From an uncultured Eubacterium sp. (GTDB lineage Bacteria; Bacillota; Clostridia; Lachnospirales; Lachnospiraceae): 64,000 nt of DNA. Within the stretch, counting starts at the first letter, position 1; each line of letters opens with the position of its first letter. The stretch covers positions 6,925 to 70,924 of the forward strand of contig CAZOIF010000006.1 of the NCBI GenBank assembly GCA_964579975.1. The letters are read 5' to 3'. A program made the position numbers and the translations under genes. Under the pieces are notes generated by a model. The model had not been told where the DNA came from and did not search any database. It was given only the letters and a program-made list of their open reading frames with translations. Positions 1 through 10,072 of this stretch are shown here, one piece after another.

Positions 1-816
1 TTTGATAAAAACGGAGATCCATCGCCCAAAAGTATACAGGTTGAGACAGTTGAAGATTTAAGAAAAGAGGAACTGGCATATCCTGTTATCGTTAAACCAG
101 TGGATCGTTCAGGAAGCAGGGGAATAACAAAGCTTGAAGATGAACATAATTTAGAAGTAGCAATTGAACGAGCAAAAGAACAGGGATTTCAAAAATACGC
201 ACTTGTCGAGGAATATGTAACAGGGCAGGAATATAGTGTAGAATATATTTCATGGGAAGGTGAACATACATTTCTTTCTTTGACCCAAAAATACACAACA
301 GGGGCTCCTCATTTTATAGAGACGGCCCATGTTGAGCCAGCCCCCATAGACGTTTCCATGTTAAAAAAGATTAAAAATGTAGTATCACGGGCATTGACAA
401 GCCTTGGAATTATGTATGGGGCATCTCACTCTGAAATAAAGGTTTCGCAAACGGGTTCCATTAAAATCATAGAAATTGGCGGCCGTATGGGAGGGGATTG
501 TATAGGTAGTTCTTTGGTTGAATTATCGACCGGATTTGATTTTGTAAATGCTGTTATAGATGTGTCATTAGGGATTAAGCCACAGATAAATAAAATGAAA
601 AATAAAATAGCGGCAGTCAGGTTTGTTTTATCCAGTGAGGATCTTGATGTACTTGAAAAAATAAGAACAGAGCATCCTGAATTTTTACAAGAGGAAAATG
701 TACAGAAAATCGGGAATGAAGAAGTGACTGATAGTGGAAACAGATTTGGATATTTTGTATTTACATCAGAAACTATGGAAGAAATAGAGCAATACCTTCC
801 TCAAAATAACGAATAA
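1..816 (+). CDS. ATP-grasp ligase, L-amino-acid-ligase-like (5' end truncated by window edge)
   Basis: Frame is open from base 1; motifs YPVIVKPVDRSGSRG, LVEEYVTGQEYSVE, ASHSEIK, IIEIGGRMGGD. Confidence 0.85.
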   Translation, partial: FDKNGDPSPKSIQVETVEDLRKEELAYPVIVKPVDRSGSRGITKLEDEHNLEVAIERAKEQGFQKYALVEEYVTGQEYSVEYISWEGEHTFLSLTQKYTTGAPHFIETAHVEPAPIDVSMLKKIKNVVSRALTSLGIMYGASHSEIKVSQTGSIKIIEIGGRMGGDCIGSSLVELSTGFDFVNAVIDVSLGIKPQINKMKNKIAAVRFVLSSEDLDVLEKIRTEHPEFLQEENVQKIGNEEVTDSGNRFGYFVFTSETMEEIEQYLPQNNE

Positions 817-886
817 CCTGAATGTCCAGAAAGCCAGAGGAAAGTTTTGAGCTTGACGCATACAAATATGTCGAAGGAGGTTGGGT

Positions 887-1252
887 ATGGAGACAAAGAA
901 ACAGAAAAATCTTGCTGTTTATTATGTTCTATTGCATATTTTATTACTATTCTTTTCTTTTTCGGGAGTTTGTAGTAAATTTGCAGGACGGCAGGATTTT
1001 TTTTCTTTTCGTTGGTTTTTGTTATATGGCAGTTCCTTATGTATTTTGTTTTTGTATTCTATCTTATGGCAGCAAATATTGAAGGGATTACCATTGATAG
1101 CGGCATACGCAAATCGGGCGATTACAGTTGTCTGGGGAATTATATGGGGATATTTAATATTTGGTGAGCAAATTACTTATGGGAAAATGCTGGGAGCGGT
1201 CATAGTTCTGGCAGGAATTGTGCTTTTTGCAGTGGGAGGGGATGAAACATGA
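887..1252 (+). CDS. Small SMR/EamA-family membrane protein (ArnE/ArnF-like flippase subunit)
   Basis: About 120 aa with 4 TM segments; LxxAY and GYLIFGEQITYGKMLG motifs; AAGGAGG RBS precedes ATG 887. Confidence 0.75.
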   Translation: METKKQKNLAVYYVLLHILLLFFSFSGVCSKFAGRQDFFSFRWFLLYGSSLCILFLYSILWQQILKGLPLIAAYANRAITVVWGIIWGYLIFGEQITYGKMLGAVIVLAGIVLFAVGGDET

Positions 1253-1587
1253 CATTTTATGTTGTTTTTTATCTGTGTTCTACATTGCTTGCTTCTGTTG
1301 CACAGGTTGTTTTGAAGAAAAGTGCGAATAAATCATATGATGTTTGGTGGAGGGAATATATGAATGTTCGCGTAATTGGTGCATATTTTCTGTTTTTTGG
1401 CTCCACATGGTTTACTGTATATGCATTACGATATGTGCCGTTATCCTTTGGGAATATGTTAGGGGCAAGTAGTTATATATTTATTACAATACTAAGTTAT
1501 TTTTTTCTGGGGGAGAAAATCGGAATAAAAAGGGCAATGGGATTAGTGCTGATTATTGCAGGCATTATAATTGCAGGTGTGTGTTAG
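1249..1587 (+). CDS. Small SMR/EamA-family membrane protein (ArnE/ArnF-like partner)
   Basis: 112 aa with 4 TM segments; AQVVLKK, ALRYVPLS and FLGEKIG motifs; ATGA overlap with the upstream gene. Confidence 0.8.
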   Translation: MTFYVVFYLCSTLLASVAQVVLKKSANKSYDVWWREYMNVRVIGAYFLFFGSTWFTVYALRYVPLSFGNMLGASSYIFITILSYFFLGEKIGIKRAMGLVLIIAGIIIAGVC

Positions 1588-1625
1588 GGAAGGAATGAAT
1601 AATTTCAAATACAGTGGAGGCTTTT

Positions 1626-2912
1626 ATGATGAATAACGGTAGAGATTACAGTGAATTTCATGGGAAGAAAATTTTGTTTTTGGGTGCACATGCACTAACG
1701 ATTCATTTGATCAATAAAGCGAGGGAAATGGGGATTTATACGATTGTCACAGATTATGTAAAAGATGCCCCTGCAAAAAGGGTGGCAGATGAGGCATATG
1801 ATATTAGTACATTAGACATTGAAGCATTAATACAGCTGGCGCATGACAGGGAGGTAGATGGTGTGTTTACTGGATATGTGGATATTAATTTGGCCCCATG
1901 TTGTAAAGTGTGTAATGCGTTAGGTTTACCTTTTTATGCTACGTTGGAGCAGCTTGAACAAACAATGAACAAAGTGAATTTTAAAAATAATTGCCGTAAG
2001 TATGGTATAAAGGTAGTAGATGACGTGCCGGATGACTTGTTAGACGATGATTATGGAAAAATAAATTACCCGGTGATCGTAAAACCGGCTGATAGCTATA
2101 GTAGCAAAGGAATTTCTGTCTGCAATAAAAAGGAAGAAATGTTTCGGGCTATAGAGAAGGCATATGAAATGTCCACATGTAAACAAATTGTTGTGGAGCG
2201 ATATATCGAGGCGGAAGATGTTTACCTTTATTTTACAATTCAGAATGGGCAGTTGAGTCTGTCAGCAATGGCAGACAGGCTTTTGAATGAAGAACAATAT
2301 GGATGTGCGCCGCAGCCCGTTGGATATTTTTTTCCGTCTAAATATATTGACTTATATTATCAAAAAGTGCATGAGAATCTTCAAGAAATGATGAGTGGAT
2401 TGGGAATACAAAATGGTTCGTTTTTCCTGCAGGGTTTTATTGTAGAAGATGATATTGTTTTTTTTGAAATGGGATTACGGCTTTCTGGCGGAGCAGGGTA
2501 TTTGCAGATTGAGCGGCAGAATCAAATTAATCAAGTTGAAATGCATCTGCGATATGCTCTGACGGGAAGATTTGATGGATGGGATTTGAAATCGTATGAT
2601 AATCCTCGTTTTCGCTATCCCGCCTGTGTGTTGGTGGTGTTGCTTAAGGATGGTAAGATCAAAACGATAGAGGGATTGGAGAGTATCAGAGGGCATGAGA
2701 ATGTGTTTGATATTGTACAATTCAAACACGCAGGTGATGAGTTAAATGCGAGGGGTACATTGAATCAAGTGTTTGCCAGAATTTACATGACGGGTAAGGA
2801 CAAGAAGAATTTAAAGGAAACGATAACATTTGTTAAAAATGCGTTAAAAATAACAGATGCTGGGGGTCGAAATATGATTTTGAATTTGTTTGACGAAAAT
2901 ACAGTTAAATAA
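1626..2912 (+). CDS. ATP-grasp ligase
   Basis: N-terminal ILFLGA; YPVIVKPADSYSSKG, VVERYI, FFEMGLRLSGG; GGAGG RBS at 1616-1620. Confidence 0.85.
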   Translation: MMNNGRDYSEFHGKKILFLGAHALTIHLINKAREMGIYTIVTDYVKDAPAKRVADEAYDISTLDIEALIQLAHDREVDGVFTGYVDINLAPCCKVCNALGLPFYATLEQLEQTMNKVNFKNNCRKYGIKVVDDVPDDLLDDDYGKINYPVIVKPADSYSSKGISVCNKKEEMFRAIEKAYEMSTCKQIVVERYIEAEDVYLYFTIQNGQLSLSAMADRLLNEEQYGCAPQPVGYFFPSKYIDLYYQKVHENLQEMMSGLGIQNGSFFLQGFIVEDDIVFFEMGLRLSGGAGYLQIERQNQINQVEMHLRYALTGRFDGWDLKSYDNPRFRYPACVLVVLLKDGKIKTIEGLESIRGHENVFDIVQFKHAGDELNARGTLNQVFARIYMTGKDKKNLKETITFVKNALKITDAGGRNMILNLFDENTVK

Positions 2913-2923
2913 GGAGAGAAAAA

Positions 2924-3859
2924 ATGCTTTTAAGTTTTACCATTCCGTGTTATCGAAGTGAAAAAACGGTAAAGGGTGTAGTGGATGAAATAATTGCTAA
3001 GGTGCAAGAGGTCGGGGGCTACGACTATGAAATTATTCTTGTGAATGATGCCTCTCCTGATGGGACATGGCAGGTTTTGGAAGATTTGAGCAGGGGAGAT
3101 TCCCGGATTAAGGCTATAGATTTGGCACGAAATGTAGGAAAACATGCTGCGTTAATGGCGGCATTTTCTGTTGTGTCGGGAGATATTATTGTTGGGGTGG
3201 ATGATGACGGTCAGTGTCCTATAGATAAGTTGCCTGAACTGCTTACCGCGCTTAATGAAGGATATGACATGGCGATGGCGGAGTATCCGAAAAAGAAGCA
3301 AAGTCTTTTTAAGAATTTTGGAAGCTGGCTGAATGATTTTATGGTTCGCTTTATGATAGGAAAACCCAAGGGATTGGTTTTTTCAAATTTTATTGCGAGA
3401 AAACGTTTTTTATGTGATGAGATAATTAGATATAAGAATCCATATCCCTATTTGGAGGGATTGACATTAAGGGCTACGCAGAAGATTGCGCTTGTTCCAA
3501 TGGAGGAAAGGGAACGTAAAATTGGTAAGAGTGGATATACCTTTAAAAAATCATTGGCACTTTGGGCGAATGGCTGCACCGCTTTTTCTGTAAAACCATT
3601 ACGTCTGGCTACTATTTTGGGAATGCTTTTTGCGGTTTTGGGATTTGGTACAAGTATTTTTATGATCATCAGGAGGTTGATCAATCCACATATTCAAGCA
3701 GGTTACACATCGGTAATGGCCATAATGCTTTTAATTGGTGGTATTATCATGATACTTTTAGGGATTATAGGAGAGTACTTAGGCAGAATTTATATCTGTA
3801 TTAATAATTCACCCCAGTATGTAATCCGGGAGACAAGGAATACGGAAGAGTCATCGTGA
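2924..3859 (+). CDS. GT2 polyprenyl-phosphate glycosyltransferase (ArnC/GtrB/CsbB-like)
   Basis: IPCY, VNDASPD, RNVGKHAA, DDDGQ; two C-terminal TMs then GEYLGRIY. Confidence 0.9.
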   Translation: MLLSFTIPCYRSEKTVKGVVDEIIAKVQEVGGYDYEIILVNDASPDGTWQVLEDLSRGDSRIKAIDLARNVGKHAALMAAFSVVSGDIIVGVDDDGQCPIDKLPELLTALNEGYDMAMAEYPKKKQSLFKNFGSWLNDFMVRFMIGKPKGLVFSNFIARKRFLCDEIIRYKNPYPYLEGLTLRATQKIALVPMEERERKIGKSGYTFKKSLALWANGCTAFSVKPLRLATILGMLFAVLGFGTSIFMIIRRLINPHIQAGYTSVMAIMLLIGGIIMILLGIIGEYLGRIYICINNSPQYVIRETRNTEESS

Positions 3860-3892
3860 AATTATTCATTATATAGATTATAGTATTTTTTA

Positions 3893-3921
3893 TTGCATAG
3901 TAAATCGTAGAATGCTATAAT
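3893..3921 (+). promoter_or_regulatory. sigma-A promoter (extended -10)
   Basis: TTGCAT-17 bp-TATAAT with a TG motif. Confidence 0.75.
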
Positions 3922-3984
3922 AAACAAGTATGTTTAAAAATATAAAATGAAAAAGTGTAGACTTACAAGTCACGGGGGTACAAC

Positions 3985-5115
3985 ATGATACCATTTAACA
4001 AACCGCCCTTTACGGGGAATGAATTAAATTATATTAAAGATGCCGTAAATAGCCGGAAATTGTGTGGAGACGGACAGTTTACGAAAAAATGTAATTCTTT
4101 TCTGGAAGAACTCACGGGTTCTGCAAAAGTTCTTCTGACGACTTCCTGCACCCATGCCACGGAGATGGCGGCTATACTGGCAGAGATCGGGCCGGGGGAT
4201 GAGGTCATTATGCCTTCTTATACGTTTGTTTCGACGGCGAATGCATTTGTGCTCCGTGGGGCGAAAGTTGTCTTTGTGGATATTCGTCCGGACACCATGA
4301 ATCTGGATGAGAATCTGATCGAGGATGCGGTAACAGACCGGACAAAGGCCATTGTTCCGGTACATTATGCTGGAGTTGCCTGTGAGATGGATACGATTAT
4401 GGATATTGCGAAAAGGCATCATCTGGCGGTGATCGAGGATGCTGCACAGGCGATTATGAGCAGTTATAAGGGGAAGGTACTCGGGACGATTGGAGATTAC
4501 GGGTGCTACAGTTTTCATGAGACAAAAAATATCAGTATGGGAGAGGGCGGCGCTCTCTTGATCCGGGAAGCAGAAAATATTGAAAAGGCGGAGATCATCC
4601 GGGAGAAGGGGACAAACCGCAGTAAATTTTTCCGTGGTGAGATTGATAAATACTCGTGGGTGGAGCAGGGCTCCTCTTATCTGCCAAGTGAATTAAATGC
4701 GGCCTACCTGTGGGGAGAACTGGAGTCGGCACAAGAGATTTATGATGACCGGATGCGAAGTTGGAAGACATACCGAGAGCGACTGTCTCCGTTAGAAGAG
4801 AAAGGATGTATTGAACTTCCATTTGTTCCGGAGTATTGTATCCACAATGCCCATATGTTTTATATCAAGACAAAGGATATCTCAGAGAGGACAGAGCTGA
4901 TCCGGCATTTGAAAGAAAATGAGATCGGAGCGGTATTTCATTATATTCCGCTTCACAGTTCGGAAGCGGGAAGACGGTATGGTCGTTTTCATGGAGAGGA
5001 TTGTTATACGACAAAAGAGAGTGAACGGCTCCTTCGTTTGCCGATGTATTATGGGCTGAAACAAGAGGAAATTGAGAAAATCGTTGATCGTATTTTGGAA
5101 TTTTACAAAATGTAA
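3985..5115 (+). CDS. wecE: dTDP-4-amino-4,6-dideoxygalactose transaminase (DegT/DnrJ family)
   Basis: MIPFNKP, LLTTSCTHATEM, EDAAQ, SFHETKN (PLP lysine), REKGTNRSKF. Confidence 0.9.
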   Translation: MIPFNKPPFTGNELNYIKDAVNSRKLCGDGQFTKKCNSFLEELTGSAKVLLTTSCTHATEMAAILAEIGPGDEVIMPSYTFVSTANAFVLRGAKVVFVDIRPDTMNLDENLIEDAVTDRTKAIVPVHYAGVACEMDTIMDIAKRHHLAVIEDAAQAIMSSYKGKVLGTIGDYGCYSFHETKNISMGEGGALLIREAENIEKAEIIREKGTNRSKFFRGEIDKYSWVEQGSSYLPSELNAAYLWGELESAQEIYDDRMRSWKTYRERLSPLEEKGCIELPFVPEYCIHNAHMFYIKTKDISERTELIRHLKENEIGAVFHYIPLHSSEAGRRYGRFHGEDCYTTKESERLLRLPMYYGLKQEEIEKIVDRILEFYKM

Positions 5116-5186
5116 TTGAGCTTGATAATAAGCGTAAGAAGAGAAAGGAACCGAAAAAAGTTATGATTGAGAATTGCAGAGGAAAG

Positions 5187-7901
5187 ATGAAAAAATTGGG
5201 ATTTCTGGTATTTATCATTATTCCTGTATTGATTTATCTTCCTTATTATTTAAACGGAGAATTGCCTGGGAGCACGGATTTGGTGCAATATTTTTCTGGT
5301 AAGACCTATTTTTCAGAATGTTTGTTAAATGGTGAATTCCCACAATGGAACCGCTATCTGTCTAATGGAATGCCTCAGGCGGGGGTTAGTAATTTTAATC
5401 TGGCTAATTTGTTTCTGCTTTTTCTGCCCCTCAAGCAGGCCGTGTATGTATTTTTTATCACTCAGTTGTTCGTTGGAAGCTTTTTTTTCTATTTGTATTT
5501 AAGAGAATGCCAATGTTCTTATTTGGTGTCTATGGTTCTGGCGGTAATCTATGAATGCTCGATTCAGATCAATGGTCTCAGAAAAAATCATCCGATGGTT
5601 ATCGCATCAATTTGTCTTTTTCCAGTCATAATGTTTCTGGTCAGGAAATTTTTCAACACCAGAAAGAATAGATGGTTGTGTCTATCTGCTGTAATAGCAG
5701 GTATACAGGCAACGGTAATGCAACAGTATAGTGTTTATGCGGCTCTGATTCTGTTTGTTTATATCCTTATTTTTTGTGTTCATGAAAAAATAAGGGTGTC
5801 AGAAATCATTAAAAAGGGAATTATGTGGTGTGCTATATATGTGGGGATATTTGCATATATACTATTGCCGACGCTAAGTGTCCTTCGCGAGTATGCCCAA
5901 TATGGTTCTTCTTCGCTTTCTTATGAAACATTCAAAAGTTTTTCTGTTCATCCGGTTAAGCTTTTACAGATGATCATTCCGGAGTTTTTTGGAGAAATCT
6001 ATATGCCGATCGGGATTGATTATTCTTCGGAACAGGATATTGAACTGTATCTTGGGATATTTGTGCTGCTGATTGCCATTGCAGGAGTGGTCAAGGGAAG
6101 AAAAAAGATGGAAATAAAAGTAGGGCTATTTTGTGCAGTACTTGCTTTTTTGTATGCAGCCATTGCTCATATTCCGGTGTTGAGCCAGATTGTTTACAAG
6201 ATTCCGGTGTTGGGGAGCTTTCGATGCGCAGGAAGGATGTTATATATTTTTTATTTCTTTATGTTTTCTCTTGCAGCGCAGGGGTTGGAGAACCTATTTG
6301 AAAAGGGAGTTTTTACGGAACAGGTTAAGTGGATGAAAAAGATGATGACAGGATTGTTCACAGGCATCCTGCTTTGCATCGCCGCTGGGTTGCTTTTTAC
6401 ATTTTTTATGGTTATGCCAGAACAGCAGATGGAGTATTTTTCGAACCTGCAGAATAAATTTTTTTATCCGTTGTGTTATTCAGGAATTATAGCGGTTGTG
6501 TTGTGGCTGCTTTTGAAAAAAGAAATAGGGAACCGGATATTTCGGATGAAGGGGAAAAGATATGTTGCATGTATTATGGTTCTGATCATTACGCTGGCAG
6601 AGGTATTGCCGTATAGTCTGAATGTGGAACCGGCAGACGTGAACCAGGTGCAGGACACAGATGAAGTTGTAAAGAAATTGATGGATTGTGATGGAAACTA
6701 TAAAATATGGACTGCGTTAGACCATGTGGAACCGGAATATGTGAGTGCAGTTTCCCTGAACAAGAATCAGATTCAGGGGATATCTACCATTAATGCGTAT
6801 ACCGCTTACAATAATCCTTTGGTATTTCGGTATTTTAAAAATTTTGATGGCGATGGAGCTGAGTTTAATTCTTCCGGGTTGATGACAGGATCAGCAAATG
6901 CCCTCACAAATTTGGTGTTTCAGAATGATCTTTTATCCATGATGGGAGTCCGGTATGTGATCGACTCGAGCCATGTAATTGAAAATACCGGAGGAAGAAC
7001 CTATGATCCTAAGCGTGAAGTCGTCCGGTTAGTCTCTGATGCGGATATGCAGATTGATGTGGGAGAAACCGGGGGAGTGGGTGAAGTCGTAAATGGAATT
7101 CAGGGAAATGTTTGTTACAAAATAAGTTTTACAGTAAATCAGGAAGATAATATGCATTTATCCTACCTGGCGGTCGATCTGTATGGCGGGATGGGATATG
7201 ATTTGGAGTCTCAACAGAAAGGAATTGCAGTTACGGAGGATGATAATGAATATGAAGCATATTTGTTTTCAGATAATGCCGAATTAGCGACAGAGGACAT
7301 ACGTCTCAGAATTCTTGTTCAGGCTGATACGGAAAGGATTCGGATTGAGTCATGTGAAGTGTCTATGTACCAGCTGGCGGAGACATATCAATATGTGGGA
7401 GAGGATGGAAGTGGAACTAGGATATATGAGAATCCCAATGCCAGAGAATTATTGTATTTTCCAAAGCGGATAAGGAGGATGAAGGAGTTTGATAGCATAT
7501 ATGAAGACTATGAGAAATATGATCTGGATACGACGGCATATGTTGACCGAAAAAGCTGCAAATTGAAAGGAATACAGTCGAGTGTGGAGATTCTGTCTTA
7601 TCAAACGAATTCATTAACGGCAGAGGTGACCTCTGATGATGAAACATATCTATGTTTCTCGCAGAACTATTCTTCGAATTGGTCTGTAAAAATTGATGAT
7701 AACGAACAGAAAGTCGACATGGTAAATGGGCTGATCATGGGAACAGAGATTCCGGCAGGACGACATAAAGTTGTATTCACATATAACGATTCTTCCTATG
7801 TTATAGGCTATTTGATCACAGCGGTGACAATTATTGTGTTGCTCGGTTGTTATATTGTGAGCTGGATATGGCGCAGGCGCTCCGGAAGAAAGAGACGGTG
7901 A
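5187..7901 (+). CDS. YfhO-family GT-C membrane glycosyltransferase
   Basis: Multi-TM N-terminus (PQWNRYLSNGMP), large external domain, C-terminal SQNYSSNW...NGLIMG...PAGRHKVVFTY plus TM. Confidence 0.8.
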   Translation: MKKLGFLVFIIIPVLIYLPYYLNGELPGSTDLVQYFSGKTYFSECLLNGEFPQWNRYLSNGMPQAGVSNFNLANLFLLFLPLKQAVYVFFITQLFVGSFFFYLYLRECQCSYLVSMVLAVIYECSIQINGLRKNHPMVIASICLFPVIMFLVRKFFNTRKNRWLCLSAVIAGIQATVMQQYSVYAALILFVYILIFCVHEKIRVSEIIKKGIMWCAIYVGIFAYILLPTLSVLREYAQYGSSSLSYETFKSFSVHPVKLLQMIIPEFFGEIYMPIGIDYSSEQDIELYLGIFVLLIAIAGVVKGRKKMEIKVGLFCAVLAFLYAAIAHIPVLSQIVYKIPVLGSFRCAGRMLYIFYFFMFSLAAQGLENLFEKGVFTEQVKWMKKMMTGLFTGILLCIAAGLLFTFFMVMPEQQMEYFSNLQNKFFYPLCYSGIIAVVLWLLLKKEIGNRIFRMKGKRYVACIMVLIITLAEVLPYSLNVEPADVNQVQDTDEVVKKLMDCDGNYKIWTALDHVEPEYVSAVSLNKNQIQGISTINAYTAYNNPLVFRYFKNFDGDGAEFNSSGLMTGSANALTNLVFQNDLLSMMGVRYVIDSSHVIENTGGRTYDPKREVVRLVSDADMQIDVGETGGVGEVVNGIQGNVCYKISFTVNQEDNMHLSYLAVDLYGGMGYDLESQQKGIAVTEDDNEYEAYLFSDNAELATEDIRLRILVQADTERIRIESCEVSMYQLAETYQYVGEDGSGTRIYENPNARELLYFPKRIRRMKEFDSIYEDYEKYDLDTTAYVDRKSCKLKGIQSSVEILSYQTNSLTAEVTSDDETYLCFSQNYSSNWSVKIDDNEQKVDMVNGLIMGTEIPAGRHKVVFTYNDSSYVIGYLITAVTIIVLLGCYIVSWIWRRRSGRKRR

Positions 7902-7938
7902 GGAGGGAGCATTTTGTCGGAAATGGCATTGGCAATAG

Positions 7939-7967
7939 TTGACAATGCGTTTGATTTCAATTATACT
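7939..7967 (+). promoter_or_regulatory. sigma-A promoter
   Basis: TTGACA-17 bp-TATACT. Confidence 0.8.
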
Positions 7968-8053
7968 AAAAGAGTATGCGTACAGAATGGCAGAATAATA
8001 TTTACCAATTATACTGATACTTATGTTTATGGACGTTTGTGAAAGGGGTTCTC

Positions 8054-10057
8054 ATGTTAAAAACGGTTGTTGCGGATAAAAAGAGACTTGTGCTGGGTGT
8101 TATATTTTTGGTTCAGCTTGTCTTTCTTTTTGTATATAATCTGACAAAATTGCGGTATCAGGCTGACTTTGATTCCAGCACCGGGATGTTGCAGTTAGCA
8201 GAGATTTGGCGTCAAAAGACATTTTTACTTCGTGACTGGAAATATCAGACGGTAGTGGGATGGGATCTCCCGCTTCCTTTTGCTGTTCCGTTTTTTGCGT
8301 TGACAAAAAATGTATTCCTTTCTGTTGGACTAGCCAATAGTTTGTTTGTACTGGCTTATATTTATATGTTTTATGATATTCTGAAAAAATCAGGGGTGCG
8401 AACGAACTATATCCTCATCGTACTCATTCTTTTATTTACGCCGTATACGATGGGGCAGCTTGGTTACTATCCGATGCTGTTCGTCGGGACGGCGCCCTAT
8501 TCGATGAAGGTGCTCATTACACTTCTGTTAATAGATATCATCGTCCGTCTGGAAAACAGGGTGAGAATGAAAAAGAATATTGGGCATATCGTATTCTTTG
8601 TCGCCTTTTCTCTGACCTCCGGGATGTCATCGGGGATTTATATGCTCGTATGCGGAATTGCTCCGGTGATGCTTTATCTGGCGCTGAAGGTATTGATTTT
8701 TAATGATATGAAACAGGTTCTGTCAGAGACCGGTTTGGTGACGGCGTTAGGCGCAGTATCATTTGTTATAGGCGGTGTACTGGCAAAATGGATGGGACTG
8801 ACAAATAATTCGTCGTCAATGCAGCTTCTGACGGCTGCAAAATTTCCCCAAAATGCGCTGTCCTGTTTCACTGGAGTGTTTGAATTGTTTGGCGCAGTCC
8901 TTGAGTTAGATGCGCCACAGGTGATCTCCAAGAAGGGGATCGTGTGTCTTTTATCGGCATTTCTGACAGCTTTTCTTATTTTCCTGATTATTTATTATGC
9001 GGTCAGACTTGTGAGAGGAAAGGAGAAAAGGGCAGGAGTAGCCGTTATAATGTGTGTGGAGTTTGTGAATATGTGCGTGCTTTTGCTGACAGACACGACA
9101 TATGCTTCGGAAACTTTTGAATACCGGTATCACATTGTGGCGATGGTTCCGGCGCTTCTTCTGTTTGGAATTTTCTTTCAGGATATGTCGAAAAAGTTTA
9201 ATGATATGAGCAGGGCTGCGATGCTGATCGTTGTTGTTCTGGCAGGAATGGCGGTCAGTACAGTGAATTTCAGGCAGTTGTATAATGATACACGACTAAG
9301 CAGGATTGATAAATTAAGCCAGATCACGGACGTTGCGAAGGAACAGGGGATCGATCTGATCTATGTGGCTTCGATCAACGGGGCGAGCACAGGGGACGGA
9401 AGGATTTTGCGGTTGTGTGATCTGGACATCGGTGTTGTGACCCTAAGTCAGGTCTATAATTTTGGAGCCGGATGGGGAGACTCGAGTAGATATTACGAAA
9501 ATGGTCGTCATCCGGGAAAGATCATGACGATCGCAGATTCGGATAACTTAAAAAAACTGCCGAAGTTTTTGAAGAGCAGGATGAAAAAGATCGGCAAAAT
9601 AGCAGGGTATTATATCTTTGTATCAGAAGAAAATATTTTTGACTGTTCGGTGAAAATGCCGGAGGAGATTGGAGAACAGGCAGTTGATTTTCCGTATTCG
9701 CCGGGATATATGACAACGGGAAAGATAAATAACGATGGGGAACTGGTGGTACCGGGAGTGGGGACGATCGTAATGTATGGTGTTACGGTAGAGTCTTCAG
9801 AAGGTGTTTTTGACATTCGCTTGAATTACCATCTGGATCCGGAAACCGATAAACAGCCTGGAGAGGTGTTGGGGAAATTCATTGTTTCTTCCGATGATGG
9901 GAAGGAAAGTGAGACAATAGACATTATTGCCGGAGAGGATTGTGTGATAAAGGGGATGGAAATCAAGGAAGATATGGAGACATTTCATTATTCTGTGGAA
10001 ACGATCAACAACTCTGGCATGAGTATAAAGTCAATAACAACAACTAAAATACAATGA
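8054..10057 (+). CDS. Polytopic membrane protein, probable GT-C glycosyltransferase
   Basis: About 11 TMs; acidic first external loop (QADFDSS); late RY motif; soluble C-terminal domain; glycan-locus context. Confidence 0.6.
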   Translation: MLKTVVADKKRLVLGVIFLVQLVFLFVYNLTKLRYQADFDSSTGMLQLAEIWRQKTFLLRDWKYQTVVGWDLPLPFAVPFFALTKNVFLSVGLANSLFVLAYIYMFYDILKKSGVRTNYILIVLILLFTPYTMGQLGYYPMLFVGTAPYSMKVLITLLLIDIIVRLENRVRMKKNIGHIVFFVAFSLTSGMSSGIYMLVCGIAPVMLYLALKVLIFNDMKQVLSETGLVTALGAVSFVIGGVLAKWMGLTNNSSSMQLLTAAKFPQNALSCFTGVFELFGAVLELDAPQVISKKGIVCLLSAFLTAFLIFLIIYYAVRLVRGKEKRAGVAVIMCVEFVNMCVLLLTDTTYASETFEYRYHIVAMVPALLLFGIFFQDMSKKFNDMSRAAMLIVVVLAGMAVSTVNFRQLYNDTRLSRIDKLSQITDVAKEQGIDLIYVASINGASTGDGRILRLCDLDIGVVTLSQVYNFGAGWGDSSRYYENGRHPGKIMTIADSDNLKKLPKFLKSRMKKIGKIAGYYIFVSEENIFDCSVKMPEEIGEQAVDFPYSPGYMTTGKINNDGELVVPGVGTIVMYGVTVESSEGVFDIRLNYHLDPETDKQPGEVLGKFIVSSDDGKESETIDIIAGEDCVIKGMEIKEDMETFHYSVETINNSGMSIKSITTTKIQ

Positions 10058-10072
10058 GATATGGAGGAAATT

